This document shows, one piece after another, positions 28,183 through 39,085 of a stretch of DNA of 64,000 nt (the stretch's first letter is position 1; each line of letters begins with the position of its first letter). This DNA is from an uncultured Candidatus Saccharibacteria bacterium. GTDB lineage: Bacteria; Patescibacteriota; Dojkabacteria; J137. Under the pieces are notes generated by a model. That model did no database searches. It was not told the DNA's origin and saw only the letters and a program-made list of their open reading frames with translations. Location of the stretch: the NCBI GenBank assembly GCA_964414295.1, contig CAYPVU010000031.1, positions 17,885 through 81,884 on the forward strand, in the 5' to 3' direction. Position numbers and translations under genes: made by a program.

Positions 28183-28233
28183 AGTATATTAATTTACTAT
28201 GCTACAGTTTAAGAAGTTTGTTATACAAAGTTA

Positions 28234-29421
28234 TTACAAAGATAAAGAAGGACTTCTATCTAAGGTATTAAATTCTTTAAAATAAATTCTATCTTTAGGA
28301 TTATGTTTTAAATTCTCTAACCCAATACTAGCAACTTTGTAATTAGCAGCTACTCCTATCATTGCAGCGTTATCACCAGTAAGTTTTTTAGTGTAAGGGA
28401 AGAGTGTTTTTACATTAAATTCTTTTGCAACATTTCTTAATTCACTTCTTAATCTTGCAGAAGCTATCACACCTCCTCCTAACCACAGCTGTTTAACTGG
28501 ATATTCCTTTAGAGCTTTTTTGAGTTTAAACTTTAATTGCTCAATTGCTGCAGCTTCAAATATTACACATAAATGTATTATTTCTTCCTTTGTAAGGTTA
28601 TTATTACCATCAACTTCCTTTTGATGATTAAGCTTTTCGCCGCTAATAGTTTCTACTAATTGCTTAAAGGCCGTTTTTAAACCTGAATAGCTCATATTTA
28701 AGTCTCCTGAGTTGACCATTGCAATAGGTAATTCATATGCTTTACCATCTTTACCGATACATTGAACTTTTACAGATAAATTATCTTTAATAATTTTAAA
28801 TCTAAAGTCTTTTCTGTTTTCTTTTGCTAACTTACTTATTACTGGGCCCGCTGGATAACCAAAACCAAGAATTCTTCCGCATTTGTCGTAAGCTTCACCG
28901 CACGAATCATCTACAGTTTCTCCAATCTTTTTATATTCCCCAATTTTAGATACATACACTAATTCTGTATGTCCACCAGAAATCAAAAAGCTCAATGCTG
29001 GGACTTCTGGTTTTATTAATACTGCATTAGCAGAATTAGGCTGAGCAAAGCTAGAAAGCAAATGTCCTTCCATATGGTTTATTGCAATTATCGGTTTACT
29101 ATACTTTTCTGCTAATTCTTTTGCTTTTTTAATTCCAATTTCTAATGCAATAGCTAAACCGGGACCGTAAGTTACAGAAACAGTATTAATATCTTCCATA
29201 CCAATATTCGCCTTTTTTAACGCTTGGTTAACAACGTTATCAATTCTTTCGGCATGGGCTAACTTTGCTAAAGATGGGACTACACCTCCAAACTTTTGGT
29301 GGTATTCCATTTGAGAAGGCATAATACTAGAAAGAATTGTTCTTCCTTTTACTACTGCAACTGAAGTTTCATCACAAGAGGTATCAATTGCTAATGTTAT
29401 TATTGATTCAAGATTTTGCAT
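28234..29421 (-). CDS. tsaD: tRNA N6-adenosine threonylcarbamoyltransferase TsaD (with about 50-aa insertion)
   Basis: LAIDTSCDETSVAV, HMEGHL and GGGVIAS motifs. At 395 aa it is longer than the usual about 340 aa. Confidence 0.85.
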   Translation of the reverse strand: MQNLESIITLAIDTSCDETSVAVVKGRTILSSIMPSQMEYHQKFGGVVPSLAKLAHAERIDNVVNQALKKANIGMEDINTVSVTYGPGLAIALEIGIKKAKELAEKYSKPIIAINHMEGHLLSSFAQPNSANAVLIKPEVPALSFLISGGHTELVYVSKIGEYKKIGETVDDSCGEAYDKCGRILGFGYPAGPVISKLAKENRKDFRFKIIKDNLSVKVQCIGKDGKAYELPIAMVNSGDLNMSYSGLKTAFKQLVETISGEKLNHQKEVDGNNNLTKEEIIHLCVIFEAAAIEQLKFKLKKALKEYPVKQLWLGGGVIASARLRSELRNVAKEFNVKTLFPYTKKLTGDNAAMIGVAANYKVASIGLENLKHNPKDRIYFKEFNTLDRSPSLSL

Positions 29422-29443
29422 GCTCGAATTATACCCTGTAGTA

Positions 29444-29938
29444 TTACTTTAAATCCAGTAAAGACAAGATGTCATTTATATACGGGTAGGAGTGATCTTC
29501 TGATTCCTTCACAATTATTCTGCAATCATAACCTTCTAGTAATGTAGTTACCTGAACAACATTTCCGTGAGAATCATTATTGTTTGCTATAACACCAAAT
29601 CCTTTTATATCTTTTAAATTTTTATAAACTTCTAATTCTTGTTCAGAAAGGTCATTTATTGGGATACCCATTAAAACTAATTTTTCTAATTTTAATTCCG
29701 GAAGAATAGAGCAGGCAATAAATGTACCAATTGATTTGGCAATTATAGTAATCGGTTCTTCAACTTTAATATTCTGCTTAATAACTTTTACCTCTTCTGC
29801 TGGATCCCACTGAATTTCATGGCTCCAGTGTCTCCAATTATGAATATATATATCTTTACCTAAATCTCTTAAAGCGGAGGCTATAGCCTCCGCTTCTTCT
29901 TTATTTTTTATTGAAAATCCAGGTAATAGTAAGTACAT
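29444..29938 (-). CDS. Putative alpha/beta hydrolase (YdeN/RBBP9-like)
   Basis: 164 aa with AKSIG, a nucleophile-elbow-like motif. Weak assignment. Confidence 0.35.
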   Translation of the reverse strand: MYLLLPGFSIKNKEEAEAIASALRDLGKDIYIHNWRHWSHEIQWDPAEEVKVIKQNIKVEEPITIIAKSIGTFIACSILPELKLEKLVLMGIPINDLSEQELEVYKNLKDIKGFGVIANNNDSHGNVVQVTTLLEGYDCRIIVKESEDHSYPYINDILSLLDLK

Positions 29939-29939
29939 T

Positions 29940-30551
29940 TTATTTAACCCCTCTAATAAAATGTTCGTTTACTTTATCCCAATTAATAACATTCCAGAAA
30001 GCTTCTACATAATCTGGTCTTTTATTTTGATATTTTAAGTAATAAGCATGTTCCCAAACATCTAAACCTAATATAGGTCTTTTGTTCTGCATTAAAGGTG
30101 AATCTTGATTAGCAGTACTCCATACTTCTAGCTTTCCATTTTCATCAATTGTAAGCCATGCCCAACCGCTACCAAATCTTTTTGTAGCAGCTTCTGCAAA
30201 CTGAACTTTAAAAGCATCAAAGCCACCAAACACATCATTAATTGCATCTTTTAATTCGTTGGATGGTTCTTTAGAACCTTCTAAACCTAATATTTCCCAA
30301 AAAAAGGAATGGTTTAAATGTCCTCCGCCATTATTAATAACTGCTTGTCTTATATCTTCTGGAACAGAAGTAACATCTCTAATTAATTCTTCTAAAGCTT
30401 TGTTTTTTAATTCTGGATGCTTTTCTAAAGCAGCATTTAAATTATTTACGTAAGCCTGATGATGTTTGTCGTGATGAATTTCCATTGTTTGAGCATCTAT
30501 AAAAGGCTCAAGTGCATCAAATGAATAAGGTAATTTTGGAAGTTCGTGCAT
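29940..30551 (-). CDS. sodA: Fe/Mn superoxide dismutase
   Basis: [29 protein letters not shown] and DVWEHAYY motifs. Confidence 0.9.
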   Translation of the reverse strand: MHELPKLPYSFDALEPFIDAQTMEIHHDKHHQAYVNNLNAALEKHPELKNKALEELIRDVTSVPEDIRQAVINNGGGHLNHSFFWEILGLEGSKEPSNELKDAINDVFGGFDAFKVQFAEAATKRFGSGWAWLTIDENGKLEVWSTANQDSPLMQNKRPILGLDVWEHAYYLKYQNKRPDYVEAFWNVINWDKVNEHFIRGVK

Positions 30552-30641
30552 AGTAGCTTTTTAAAAGATAATGCTTTTAAAAGTATATCATAGTATATTA
30601 AGATAACTTGATAGAGTAGTCGTATACATTATTTATTCAAA

Positions 30642-31520
30642 ATGAACACAATAGTTAGACAAAAAAACTTTATGAACACAACTATTACATTTAAAGTTGT
30701 GCAGGATAAAGAATCAACGGTAGAAATAATGGATGCTATAGAAGCTGGATTTGGAGAGTTTGATCGAATAGTAAAAACCTACACAAGATTCGATGAAAAA
30801 AGTGAACTATCAAACTTAAATAGACAGCCAGATAGATGGATTAATATCTCTAAAGAGTTCTGCTACTTAGTAGAGTACATGTTAAATTTAGCAAAAGTTA
30901 CAGATGGTGTATTTGACCCTACAGTAATAGACTTTCTTGAAGTTTATGGATACGATAAAAATTACGATTTTTCTAAATTAGAAAAACCGGAGTTAGATGA
31001 ATTAGTAAAAAAAATTGCAAAGGAAAGACCTTCTTGGAAAGAAATAGAATTAGATAAAGAAAACTTAAGAGTTAAGTTAGTAAAGAATCAAAGAATAGAT
31101 TTAGGAGGTATAGGTAAAGGTTATGCTATTGATTGTGCTTTTAATAAATTAAATAAGTTTAAAAACTTTTTTATAGATGCTGGCGGAGATATTAGAGTAA
31201 AGGGAAATAACGAGAAAGGAGAACTGTGGACTGTAGATTTATTAGCAATGAATCAAAAAGGACATAAAGAAATTGTAGGACAGCTACAATTAGATAATGA
31301 ATCAATTGCTGGTTCGGGATCTTGGGCAAGAAAATTTAAACAATTTCATCATTTAATAAATCCTAAAACAGGAAAACCACAAAATACTTTTTCTACAGTT
31401 TTTGTACAGGCACCAACTTCTATAGAATCGGATTCTTGGGCAACAGCTCTATTTATAGGTGGTGAAGAAATAGTTAAGATAATGCCTGATAACTTTAAAT
31501 ATTTTACTGTAAAAAACTAG
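30642..31520 (+). CDS. apbE: FAD:protein FMN transferase (ApbE family)
   Basis: IDLGGIGKGYAID and a GSGSW region. Confidence 0.75.
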   Translation: MNTIVRQKNFMNTTITFKVVQDKESTVEIMDAIEAGFGEFDRIVKTYTRFDEKSELSNLNRQPDRWINISKEFCYLVEYMLNLAKVTDGVFDPTVIDFLEVYGYDKNYDFSKLEKPELDELVKKIAKERPSWKEIELDKENLRVKLVKNQRIDLGGIGKGYAIDCAFNKLNKFKNFFIDAGGDIRVKGNNEKGELWTVDLLAMNQKGHKEIVGQLQLDNESIAGSGSWARKFKQFHHLINPKTGKPQNTFSTVFVQAPTSIESDSWATALFIGGEEIVKIMPDNFKYFTVKN

Positions 31521-32197
31521 TGATCGTAGTATTCAATACTTAATCTAAAACCAGACTTAACTACTGTTTCTATAACGCTATTACTGTTATAAGTTCCTAC
31601 TTTAGATCTTAATCTGCTTACTAAAGTGTCTACTGCTCCGTGAGAAGCAGATGAATCTAATACTTTAGATAGAATTTCATCTCTACTAAAGATTCTACCT
31701 GGATTGCTTGCAAATAGATAAAGTAGGTTAAATTCGTTATAAGTTAAATATATCTCTTTTTTATCTTTAATACAGAGTCTTAATTTAGGATTTATATATA
31801 AATCTCCGATTTCTAAATGTATTTGTTTTTCTTTTGGTTTTATTAAAGCATTTACTTGAGCCTCTAATATGTTGTAGTTTATAGGTTTTTTATGGAGAAG
31901 ATTTGCACCAGATTTATAGGTTTCAATTTCGTTAACTTCAGAGAAAGAATCCGTAATCATAATTACGGGACAGTTTTGTGATTTATCTCTTATTCTTCTT
32001 AATACTGTTATTCCATTAAATTTGGGTAGAAATAAATCAATTATTGCTAAATCAAACTCTTGTGACTTTGAGAGCTTTATCGCTTGTTCACCATCTATAC
32101 AGGATTGAATTTCAAAGTTTTTATTTTCTAAAAAACTCTTTACTAAAAAGTTTAGACTCCTGTCATCTTCAGCAATTAAAATTTTTGTTTTCTCCAT
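31517..32197 (-). CDS. OmpR-family response regulator (receiver plus winged-helix)
   Basis: ILIAEDD...IDLFLPKFNG receiver and a C-terminal trans_reg_C-like segment. No adjacent histidine kinase. Confidence 0.8.
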   Translation of the reverse strand: MEKTKILIAEDDRSLNFLVKSFLENKNFEIQSCIDGEQAIKLSKSQEFDLAIIDLFLPKFNGITVLRRIRDKSQNCPVIMITDSFSEVNEIETYKSGANLLHKKPINYNILEAQVNALIKPKEKQIHLEIGDLYINPKLRLCIKDKKEIYLTYNEFNLLYLFASNPGRIFSRDEILSKVLDSSASHGAVDTLVSRLRSKVGTYNSNSVIETVVKSGFRLSIEYYDH

Positions 32198-32275
32198 TTA
32201 TAGAAAATAAAAATTAAAAAGTATGATGGAGTTTAATAAAGAGAAGAGAGCTGCAACAATGTATTAGAGTACAAA

Positions 32276-32824
32276 TTACTTTTGATCTTTTTTTACTTCG
32301 TTAACAACCTTTTTGTTAAATTCAATAACTTTTCCAATGCTAACTTTTATATGCTGTTTAATGTATAAAAAGAAGAAAACTTCTATTGCAAGTATAAATA
32401 AATCAATTAAAAGAATTGTCTGCAGATCTAAACCATAAAGCTTAAGATATATAGTTAAAAAAGCAGCAAGCACAAATAATAAACCTCTTCTTACAGCATC
32501 AAATAAAGAGGCCTTTTCATAAAAATTCTTAAAAAAGAATTTATCTATTACTAAATGTAAACCAATAAAGATAAAAAGTATTCCTGATAGAAATATTCCG
32601 GCAGCTATATAAGCATTAGTAGATAAATAGCTTAAGATTTGTCCTTTTTCAATTAATACTAAGATTGAATTATCTAAAGACTCCCAGTCTCCAGGTTTTA
32701 TATTATTAGCCTCAATTAAATGCTGCAATTGAGCAATATTAAATGGTGAAAAGTTCTCAAAAAAGTATCTTGCAATAAAAATCAAGAATACCCCTAGAGC
32801 CAACAATACAACAACACGCTTCAT
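32276..32824 (-). CDS. hypothetical membrane protein
   Basis: 4-5 predicted TM helices. Confidence 0.4.
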   Translation of the reverse strand: MKRVVVLLALGVFLIFIARYFFENFSPFNIAQLQHLIEANNIKPGDWESLDNSILVLIEKGQILSYLSTNAYIAAGIFLSGILFIFIGLHLVIDKFFFKNFYEKASLFDAVRRGLLFVLAAFLTIYLKLYGLDLQTILLIDLFILAIEVFFFLYIKQHIKVSIGKVIEFNKKVVNEVKKDQK

Positions 32825-32869
32825 ATCTTTAAATTCTGATATACTAAGTTTAATTACATTAGTTTCTAT

Positions 32870-33691
32870 ATGGATAATAATACACTAAAAAAACGACCTT
32901 CGATTATAGATGTTTTAAGCAGAGAACCAGAAAAGAAGGAAGGAACAGCAGTAGTATCTCCTTCTGATAGAGTTAATGAGCCTCAAAAAGAAATTATTAA
33001 AGAAAGAGTAATTGTAAAATATCAAGATAGACCTAGAGGATGCGCACCTGATATTGGCTGTGGTTGCGGATGTAGGACTATTACTTGCGGTGGATGTTTA
33101 TTATTTATATTAGTAATTATCGGCTTTGCTTACATTATTATTAATAAGCCAGCTTTTATTTGGAGTGAAGTAGTAGAGTATTTAAATGACGGCCAAAAAG
33201 CCCCTAAGTATGAACCTCAGGACTTAACTACCTTGCAAGAATCTATAAATAGTCAAATAAGCAATATTGGCGAAGTTTCTATTAATTTAACTCAAGACCA
33301 ACTAACAACATTAATACGGAATAATACTGTTCAATTAAAAGATTTGACTGTAGATATAGATTCAAATCTTCTTACTTTATATTGGTATTTAGATAATAGT
33401 CTACCAGCCAAACCTCTTTACGGTATTGTAGAAATAAAAAGTACAGAAAGTGGAAATTTAGAAATTACTAAAGTAGGTACTGGTAAAGTCGGCTTACCTG
33501 ATGCAGTAAATAAATTCGCTACAAATACTGTCTATTCCTTATTAAATTTAGAAAATACAGAAGGAACATCTCCATTAAGTATTTTAACTAGTATTTTTAA
33601 TTCTGAGAATATAACTGTAAAATCAGTAAAATTAGAGGATGGTCTTGTTAAAATAACTGCAGATATTAAAGTAAACCTTTTTGATCAATGA
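32870..33691 (+). CDS. hypothetical membrane-anchored protein with Cys-rich juxtamembrane segment
   Basis: GCAPDIGCGCGCRTITCGGC followed by a TM helix. Confidence 0.4.
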   Translation: MDNNTLKKRPSIIDVLSREPEKKEGTAVVSPSDRVNEPQKEIIKERVIVKYQDRPRGCAPDIGCGCGCRTITCGGCLLFILVIIGFAYIIINKPAFIWSEVVEYLNDGQKAPKYEPQDLTTLQESINSQISNIGEVSINLTQDQLTTLIRNNTVQLKDLTVDIDSNLLTLYWYLDNSLPAKPLYGIVEIKSTESGNLEITKVGTGKVGLPDAVNKFATNTVYSLLNLENTEGTSPLSILTSIFNSENITVKSVKLEDGLVKITADIKVNLFDQ

Positions 33692-34611
33692 TTTATTTAT
33701 TTGGAGGAGAGGACTACTACGAAAGCTTTAACAGAAGCTTAGTAACAGCAAACAACTTAGCAACTAAAACATCTTCAGAAGTTAATAGTATAAATGCAGA
33801 TGAAATTACAGATGTTAACTACATACTTCAGCTACTTGAAGGAGTAGACATGTTTTCTGCTACAGGAATTTTATTATTAAAAAGATTATTAAATAATAAA
33901 AAACTGCTTGAATACTTTGCAGAAAACTTTGATACATTAAATAAATACGATATTGTAATTTGGCATGACTCTAAACCGGATTCAAAATTAAAACTTGTAA
34001 AAAAAATCGCTGAAAATAAATTAGTGTTTAATTTTGAATCTCCAAAAGAGGGCGAGCTAAAAAATTGGATTTCTATAAAAGCTAAAGAAAAAGATATTCC
34101 TTTAAGTACTAATCAAATAAATTTCATTTTTGAAAGATTGCAGTTTAATAAGTTTAGTATTAATACAGAACTTGAAAAAATAAGTCTTTATATAAAAACA
34201 AAAAAGATAAAAACAATTACTGATGATTTACTAGAAGATTTAATGGGTTTAAGTGTAAAAGGAGACATGTGGAAGTTTTTGGACTATTTTGGAAATAAAA
34301 ATAAAATAAAAGCATTAATAGAATTTGATAAGATTACAAAATACGAGGACAATACACAGCTATTAATAAGTATGATTAATAGGGAGTTGCGTCTTATGCT
34401 GCAGTATAAATTTGTAAAAGAAAATGGACACGATATATCCGAACTAAAGCAAGCTCCATTTGTAATAAAAAAAACTGCTGAAAAATCACGTAACTTTACA
34501 AAAGAAGAGCTAGAAGTTTTATTAAAAAGGTTATTTGAATTAGATACATCTGTAAAGTCAGGTATACTAGAAGAGAAGTCTGCATTAACTTTATATTTAG
34601 CAACAATGTAG
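33688..34611 (+). CDS. holA: DNA polymerase III delta subunit (HolA-like)
   Basis: Architecture and ELEKISLY motif typical of HolA. Overlaps the upstream gene by 4 nt. Confidence 0.6.
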   Translation: MIYLFGGEDYYESFNRSLVTANNLATKTSSEVNSINADEITDVNYILQLLEGVDMFSATGILLLKRLLNNKKLLEYFAENFDTLNKYDIVIWHDSKPDSKLKLVKKIAENKLVFNFESPKEGELKNWISIKAKEKDIPLSTNQINFIFERLQFNKFSINTELEKISLYIKTKKIKTITDDLLEDLMGLSVKGDMWKFLDYFGNKNKIKALIEFDKITKYEDNTQLLISMINRELRLMLQYKFVKENGHDISELKQAPFVIKKTAEKSRNFTKEELEVLLKRLFELDTSVKSGILEEKSALTLYLATM

Positions 34612-34762
34612 TATGACAAGGAGGAATTTATTAATATTCTGCCTATTATTACTCACAATATTTATAATCCTCATTGCAACTGCTTTAGTTTTAGTTTCAA
34701 CAATTACAACTTAAACGTATTTTGCGCTATAAGAAGATTATTGAATAATGTAAAATATAATT

Positions 34763-35956
34763 ATGCGTAATCTTTTAGTATTTACAACAATAATTTTATT
34801 ATTATCTTCTTTCCCAGTTAGTGCATTAACTGTAAAGAGCGTAGATACTTTAGGGTTTGATAAATCTATTATTAAAACCACATACGAAATTGGTTTACCT
34901 TCTAAATTGATAATAACTCCTGTATTTATGCCTAATACAGTAAGACTTACTGAAGAAAATTGGATAAAAGGAATTTATTACTATACTGTTCAAAGATTAG
35001 GATATCCTACTTTGCCTTACCATTATTTAATAGATAGCAAAGGTAATGTGTATAACAGCGAAAGCACAGACGACCGAATATTAAATATTAGAAATGTAAA
35101 TGATAACTCAATTGTAATCGGATATTTAGCACAAGCAAATGCCACAACATTTGCGGACGAAACAAAAGAAAACTTATCGGAGTTAATCTTAGATATAGCA
35201 AATAGAAATGGAATTAACTTAGATGATGTAGAAGTAAGCGGCTTAAGCTTTTCTAGAGAGATTTCTACAAACCAAGTATTTCTAGATAAATCTGAAGTTT
35301 TTGGATTATGGAAAGATGGTTTAAATCAAATAAAAGATACTATTAGACCAAGATATTCTCCAAAGGTTAGAGAATATAATATAGAAATTAAAGAAGTTTC
35401 AATTGTTTCTTCTAATTTATCAATTGGATCAGAAACTGACGGAAAGATAAAAATTACAAATAAGGGTCCTACAAATCTTTACATTGGAGATAGTCTATAT
35501 TTACTTGCAGAAAAAAATGATGGAGGAAACAGTAGATTCTACTTAAATAATGTGTGGGTTTCTCAATCACAATTTCCTGCAGTAACTGAAAGCCAGACAT
35601 TTAAAGTTGACCAAACTATAGAGGTACCATTTAAAATAAAAGCTCCTTTAAATCCTGGAGAAAATGTAGAAAGCTTTAAAATAAAATTAGTTGGAACAGG
35701 AAATCTAAATTCTAATAGTTTTGAACTTAAAGTAAATGTAGATAAAGGTGGTAAAAAAATAGTTCAGATACAAGAAACTGAAACAAACTTTTTAAGAGTT
35801 AGAAGTGAACCTTCTACAGTATCAGAAGAAATTGGTAGAGTAGCATCTGGCGAAAGATATATTGTATTAGAAGAAAATGAGAATGGCTTTTATAAAATTG
35901 ACTTAGAAGGAGGAAGAAGCGGTTGGGTTGCTGGATGGTTAACTACAGAGATTTAA
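34763..35956 (+). CDS. Secreted cell-wall amidase-like protein with C-terminal SH3b domain
   Basis: Signal peptide, a PGRP/amidase_2-like YPTLPYHYLIDSKGNVY and a C-terminal GFYKIDLEGGRSGWVAGWL SH3b motif. Confidence 0.5.
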   Translation: MRNLLVFTTIILLLSSFPVSALTVKSVDTLGFDKSIIKTTYEIGLPSKLIITPVFMPNTVRLTEENWIKGIYYYTVQRLGYPTLPYHYLIDSKGNVYNSESTDDRILNIRNVNDNSIVIGYLAQANATTFADETKENLSELILDIANRNGINLDDVEVSGLSFSREISTNQVFLDKSEVFGLWKDGLNQIKDTIRPRYSPKVREYNIEIKEVSIVSSNLSIGSETDGKIKITNKGPTNLYIGDSLYLLAEKNDGGNSRFYLNNVWVSQSQFPAVTESQTFKVDQTIEVPFKIKAPLNPGENVESFKIKLVGTGNLNSNSFELKVNVDKGGKKIVQIQETETNFLRVRSEPSTVSEEIGRVASGERYIVLEENENGFYKIDLEGGRSGWVAGWLTTEI

Positions 35957-36885
35957 AATCTAATTTTATTTCTTATTTTATAAAGTAGTTTTATAAATCT
36001 ATATAAATTAGATTCAATTATAATATCTACAGTAGCTGCGTACTCTACAGTATTACCGCCAAAACCTGTTTTAAAGCGGGAATAACCATCACTTAAATCA
36101 TCCTTAATCCCAAATAAATCTAGTTGAGTGTATCCATTTTCTTTTCCATATTTTATTAGTTCCCAAACTACCAAGTAAGGAGCCATTAAGTTCTTATATT
36201 CTTCAGAAGATCCACCATAAACATAAGTAAGCATGTTATCGTAAGCAATTACAAACCAGCTAACTAAAGGTTTATCTTCAAAATAAGCAGTAGTAATAAA
36301 TACATTATCTTTAAATTGATTCCAAACCTCCTTTAAATAATTAGAGCTTCTTCCGGAGTAATTTTGTCTTTTAACAGTATCTTTGTATAAATTGATAAAA
36401 GTCTCAAGTTCCGAATCTTCTTTAGAAATAACAACGTTTAAGCCCTTTTTTTGAGCTAATTTAAGATTGTACCTAGTCTTCTGCTTCATGTTAGATAAAA
36501 GTGTATTTTCATCTAAACTTAAATCTATAATGGAAGTTTTAGGTAGATGAATAGGCAAGCCATAATCAACATTCAAACCTTTTTGCTTTATAAATTCTAA
36601 TGAATTTAGTTCAGTAGCTAAGTTATCAGGATCAATTGTTACAAATACACAGTTTGCCTTTTTAGCTTGATTAATTAATTCAGTAAAATCAACTTTGTTT
36701 AAATCAACTCTTGGCATGTAACCAATGTATTTATTTAAAGATGGAAGTTTAGTTGTTTGAAAAAAGTATTCTCCAACGCTATAGCATTTATTTCCTAATG
36801 CTTCTTTAGTTTTTCTCCAGTTATTACTCTGTAAAAAATTCATATATTTAATACCTATCGTTTTTATAAATAAACCTTTCTGCAA
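35953..36885 (-). CDS. FemAB-family peptidoglycan aminoacyltransferase
   Basis: GNAT-like halves with YVYGGSS..YLVVWELIKYGKENGY. Paralog of the next gene. Confidence 0.65.
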   Translation of the reverse strand: MQKGLFIKTIGIKYMNFLQSNNWRKTKEALGNKCYSVGEYFFQTTKLPSLNKYIGYMPRVDLNKVDFTELINQAKKANCVFVTIDPDNLATELNSLEFIKQKGLNVDYGLPIHLPKTSIIDLSLDENTLLSNMKQKTRYNLKLAQKKGLNVVISKEDSELETFINLYKDTVKRQNYSGRSSNYLKEVWNQFKDNVFITTAYFEDKPLVSWFVIAYDNMLTYVYGGSSEEYKNLMAPYLVVWELIKYGKENGYTQLDLFGIKDDLSDGYSRFKTGFGGNTVEYAATVDIIIESNLYRFIKLLYKIRNKIRF

Positions 36886-37921
36886 TTCTTTGTACTAAGT
36901 ATAATGGATTAGCTTGAACATCCAATCCACCTACATAATCTAATTCATAACCACCAAACTTTCTTTTAAATTCAGAAACTCCTTTCATTCCATTTTCTAC
37001 ATTAATATTTTCTGGAACTACACCCCACATATTATATTTATTAAATCCTCTTTGTTTTAAATCTTTAATAATTTCCCAATGAAGCAAGTAAGATGCTCCA
37101 TATTTTTGTAACTGTCTATCTGCTAAAGATCCTCCATGAGAGTAATATCCTATATGATTATATGTATTTATTAAGGCTCCAGAAATAAATTTATTACCAT
37201 ATTTAGCTAGATATAAATTAAATTCTGAATCTTTTAATTCCTGAAACTGTTTAACAAAATATGTAAGACTAAAACTAGCAAAACTATGTCTTTTTGTTGT
37301 ATCAGCAAGTATATTAAAAAATTCTATAACTTCTTCTTCAGAATTAGCTTTAATAATCTCAATACCTGTTTTAGCTGAGTTTTTTATATTGTATCTTGTT
37401 ACTTTTTTCATCTCGGCTAAAAGTTCATCTTCAGATTTTGTTATATCAATTTCCCATACATATTTTGCTTGTGTAGGAGCCATTGATTTTTTATATCCAA
37501 GTGATGTAAAGATTTCTAGATATTGAGCATTAATTAATGGATCTATTCTAAAACAGTTAAGACCCTGTTCTTTTGCAAATTGAATTTGCCATGTTTTTAT
37601 TTGTTTATAAACTTCTTCTAATTCGTGTTCTTGTATGTTTAATACAGGACCATAAGGAGAGTAAGCATACTTGGCAATTCTTCTTCTAAAAACTTCTATA
37701 TAAAAATTACCAATAAAATTATCTTCTTTTTTAATTAAATATTGATGAATTTCTTTTCCTAAAGATTTTTGAAAGTTAATCCAATCAATTGAAGATAAAA
37801 AAGTAGAAGTTGTATCTTTATTTATAGATTCCCAAATTTCTTTGTAAGAATCATCGTATTTTAAAAAGGAAATATTTGCAGACATATTCTTTAGTTTAGT
37901 TAATTTTAAGGCGGGAATCAA
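36848..37921 (-). CDS. FemAB-family peptidoglycan aminoacyltransferase (paralog)
   Basis: YYSHGGS..YLLHWEIIKDLKQRGF. Overlaps the previous gene. Confidence 0.65.
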   Translation of the reverse strand: MIPALKLTKLKNMSANISFLKYDDSYKEIWESINKDTTSTFLSSIDWINFQKSLGKEIHQYLIKKEDNFIGNFYIEVFRRRIAKYAYSPYGPVLNIQEHELEEVYKQIKTWQIQFAKEQGLNCFRIDPLINAQYLEIFTSLGYKKSMAPTQAKYVWEIDITKSEDELLAEMKKVTRYNIKNSAKTGIEIIKANSEEEVIEFFNILADTTKRHSFASFSLTYFVKQFQELKDSEFNLYLAKYGNKFISGALINTYNHIGYYSHGGSLADRQLQKYGASYLLHWEIIKDLKQRGFNKYNMWGVVPENINVENGMKGVSEFKRKFGGYELDYVGGLDVQANPLYLVQRIAERFIYKNDRY

Positions 37922-37933
37922 ACCCGCCCTAAA

Positions 37934-39085
37934 TTAAACATCTCTTCTTAGAGGCATTAGAATATGAATATATTTAGAATCAGCTTTGTCTTTAAAGATA
38001 GAAGCAGATAAAGGTCCTTTAGTTTCAAATCTTATTGTTTCTCCTTTTATATGATTCACTAGATCCTGCAAATACTTTAAGTTATAAGCAGAATTTAAAT
38101 CTCCTGATCCATCTGTTGAACCTACTTCAATTACAGTTTCATTTTCTCCAATTTCTGCAACTGAGGATCTTAATTTAATAACATTATTTTCAATATCAAA
38201 ATCAAATAATGTTTTACTAGATAAGTTACTTCTAGCAAATGTATTAATTACTTTAATTCCTTCTTCTAAATCACTTCTTTTTACTTCAAAAGTATATGCA
38301 AATGAATCTGGCATAATTCTTTTATAGTCTGGGTAAGGTCCTTCAATAAGTCTTAAACTAATTTCTACATCATCAAATTTAAAAATAATCTGTGACTTAT
38401 TTTCTGTAATAAATACCTGTACTGTATCTACATCAGAGTAATCTTGTAAGATTTTTACAACTTCTGCCATATATCTGGCAGGAACAATTACTTGACTACT
38501 AATTAAATCTCTTTTTAAATTAGAAATTTTTGCACTTCTTTTAGATAATCTAAACCCATCTAAACCAACAAAAGAAATTTCTTCATCGTTTCCTTCTTCC
38601 ATTTCGAATAAAACACCTGTTTGCTGAATCTTTCCCGCACTAAAATCTGTTGAGCAAGAAAACAATACTTTATCCATTGAAATAATTAATTCAGAAGCAG
38701 AAATAGAAAATACTGGTTCTGCAGGTGTTTCTGGTAATGGAGGGAATTCATTACTTGGGATAGTAGAAAAGTTAGCTTTAGACTTTGAAGTCTTTACTAA
38801 TAATGTACTATCTTTTGATTCTATATCCACCTTATCTGAATAAGAGGCTGCTACAAAATCAGCAATATACTTTGCAGATACTGTAGTACTTCCTTCTTCA
38901 TCAACTTTTCCAGGTATCCACATGTTAATACCCATATCCAGATTAGTTGCTGACAATTTAACATCTGTATTAGATACATCTAGTAAGACATTTGATAATA
39001 CGGGGATATTTGGTTTTGCACTAACAGCCCTTGATGCATATTGTAAGGACTTTGCAAGCTTTGCATGATTTAAAGTTATTTTCAT
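37934..39085 (-). CDS. dnaN: DNA polymerase III beta sliding clamp
   Basis: Three-domain clamp with an N-terminal MKITLNHAKLAKSLQYASRAVS...IPVLSNVLL region. Confidence 0.9.
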   Translation of the reverse strand: MKITLNHAKLAKSLQYASRAVSAKPNIPVLSNVLLDVSNTDVKLSATNLDMGINMWIPGKVDEEGSTTVSAKYIADFVAASYSDKVDIESKDSTLLVKTSKSKANFSTIPSNEFPPLPETPAEPVFSISASELIISMDKVLFSCSTDFSAGKIQQTGVLFEMEEGNDEEISFVGLDGFRLSKRSAKISNLKRDLISSQVIVPARYMAEVVKILQDYSDVDTVQVFITENKSQIIFKFDDVEISLRLIEGPYPDYKRIMPDSFAYTFEVKRSDLEEGIKVINTFARSNLSSKTLFDFDIENNVIKLRSSVAEIGENETVIEVGSTDGSGDLNSAYNLKYLQDLVNHIKGETIRFETKGPLSASIFKDKADSKYIHILMPLRRDV

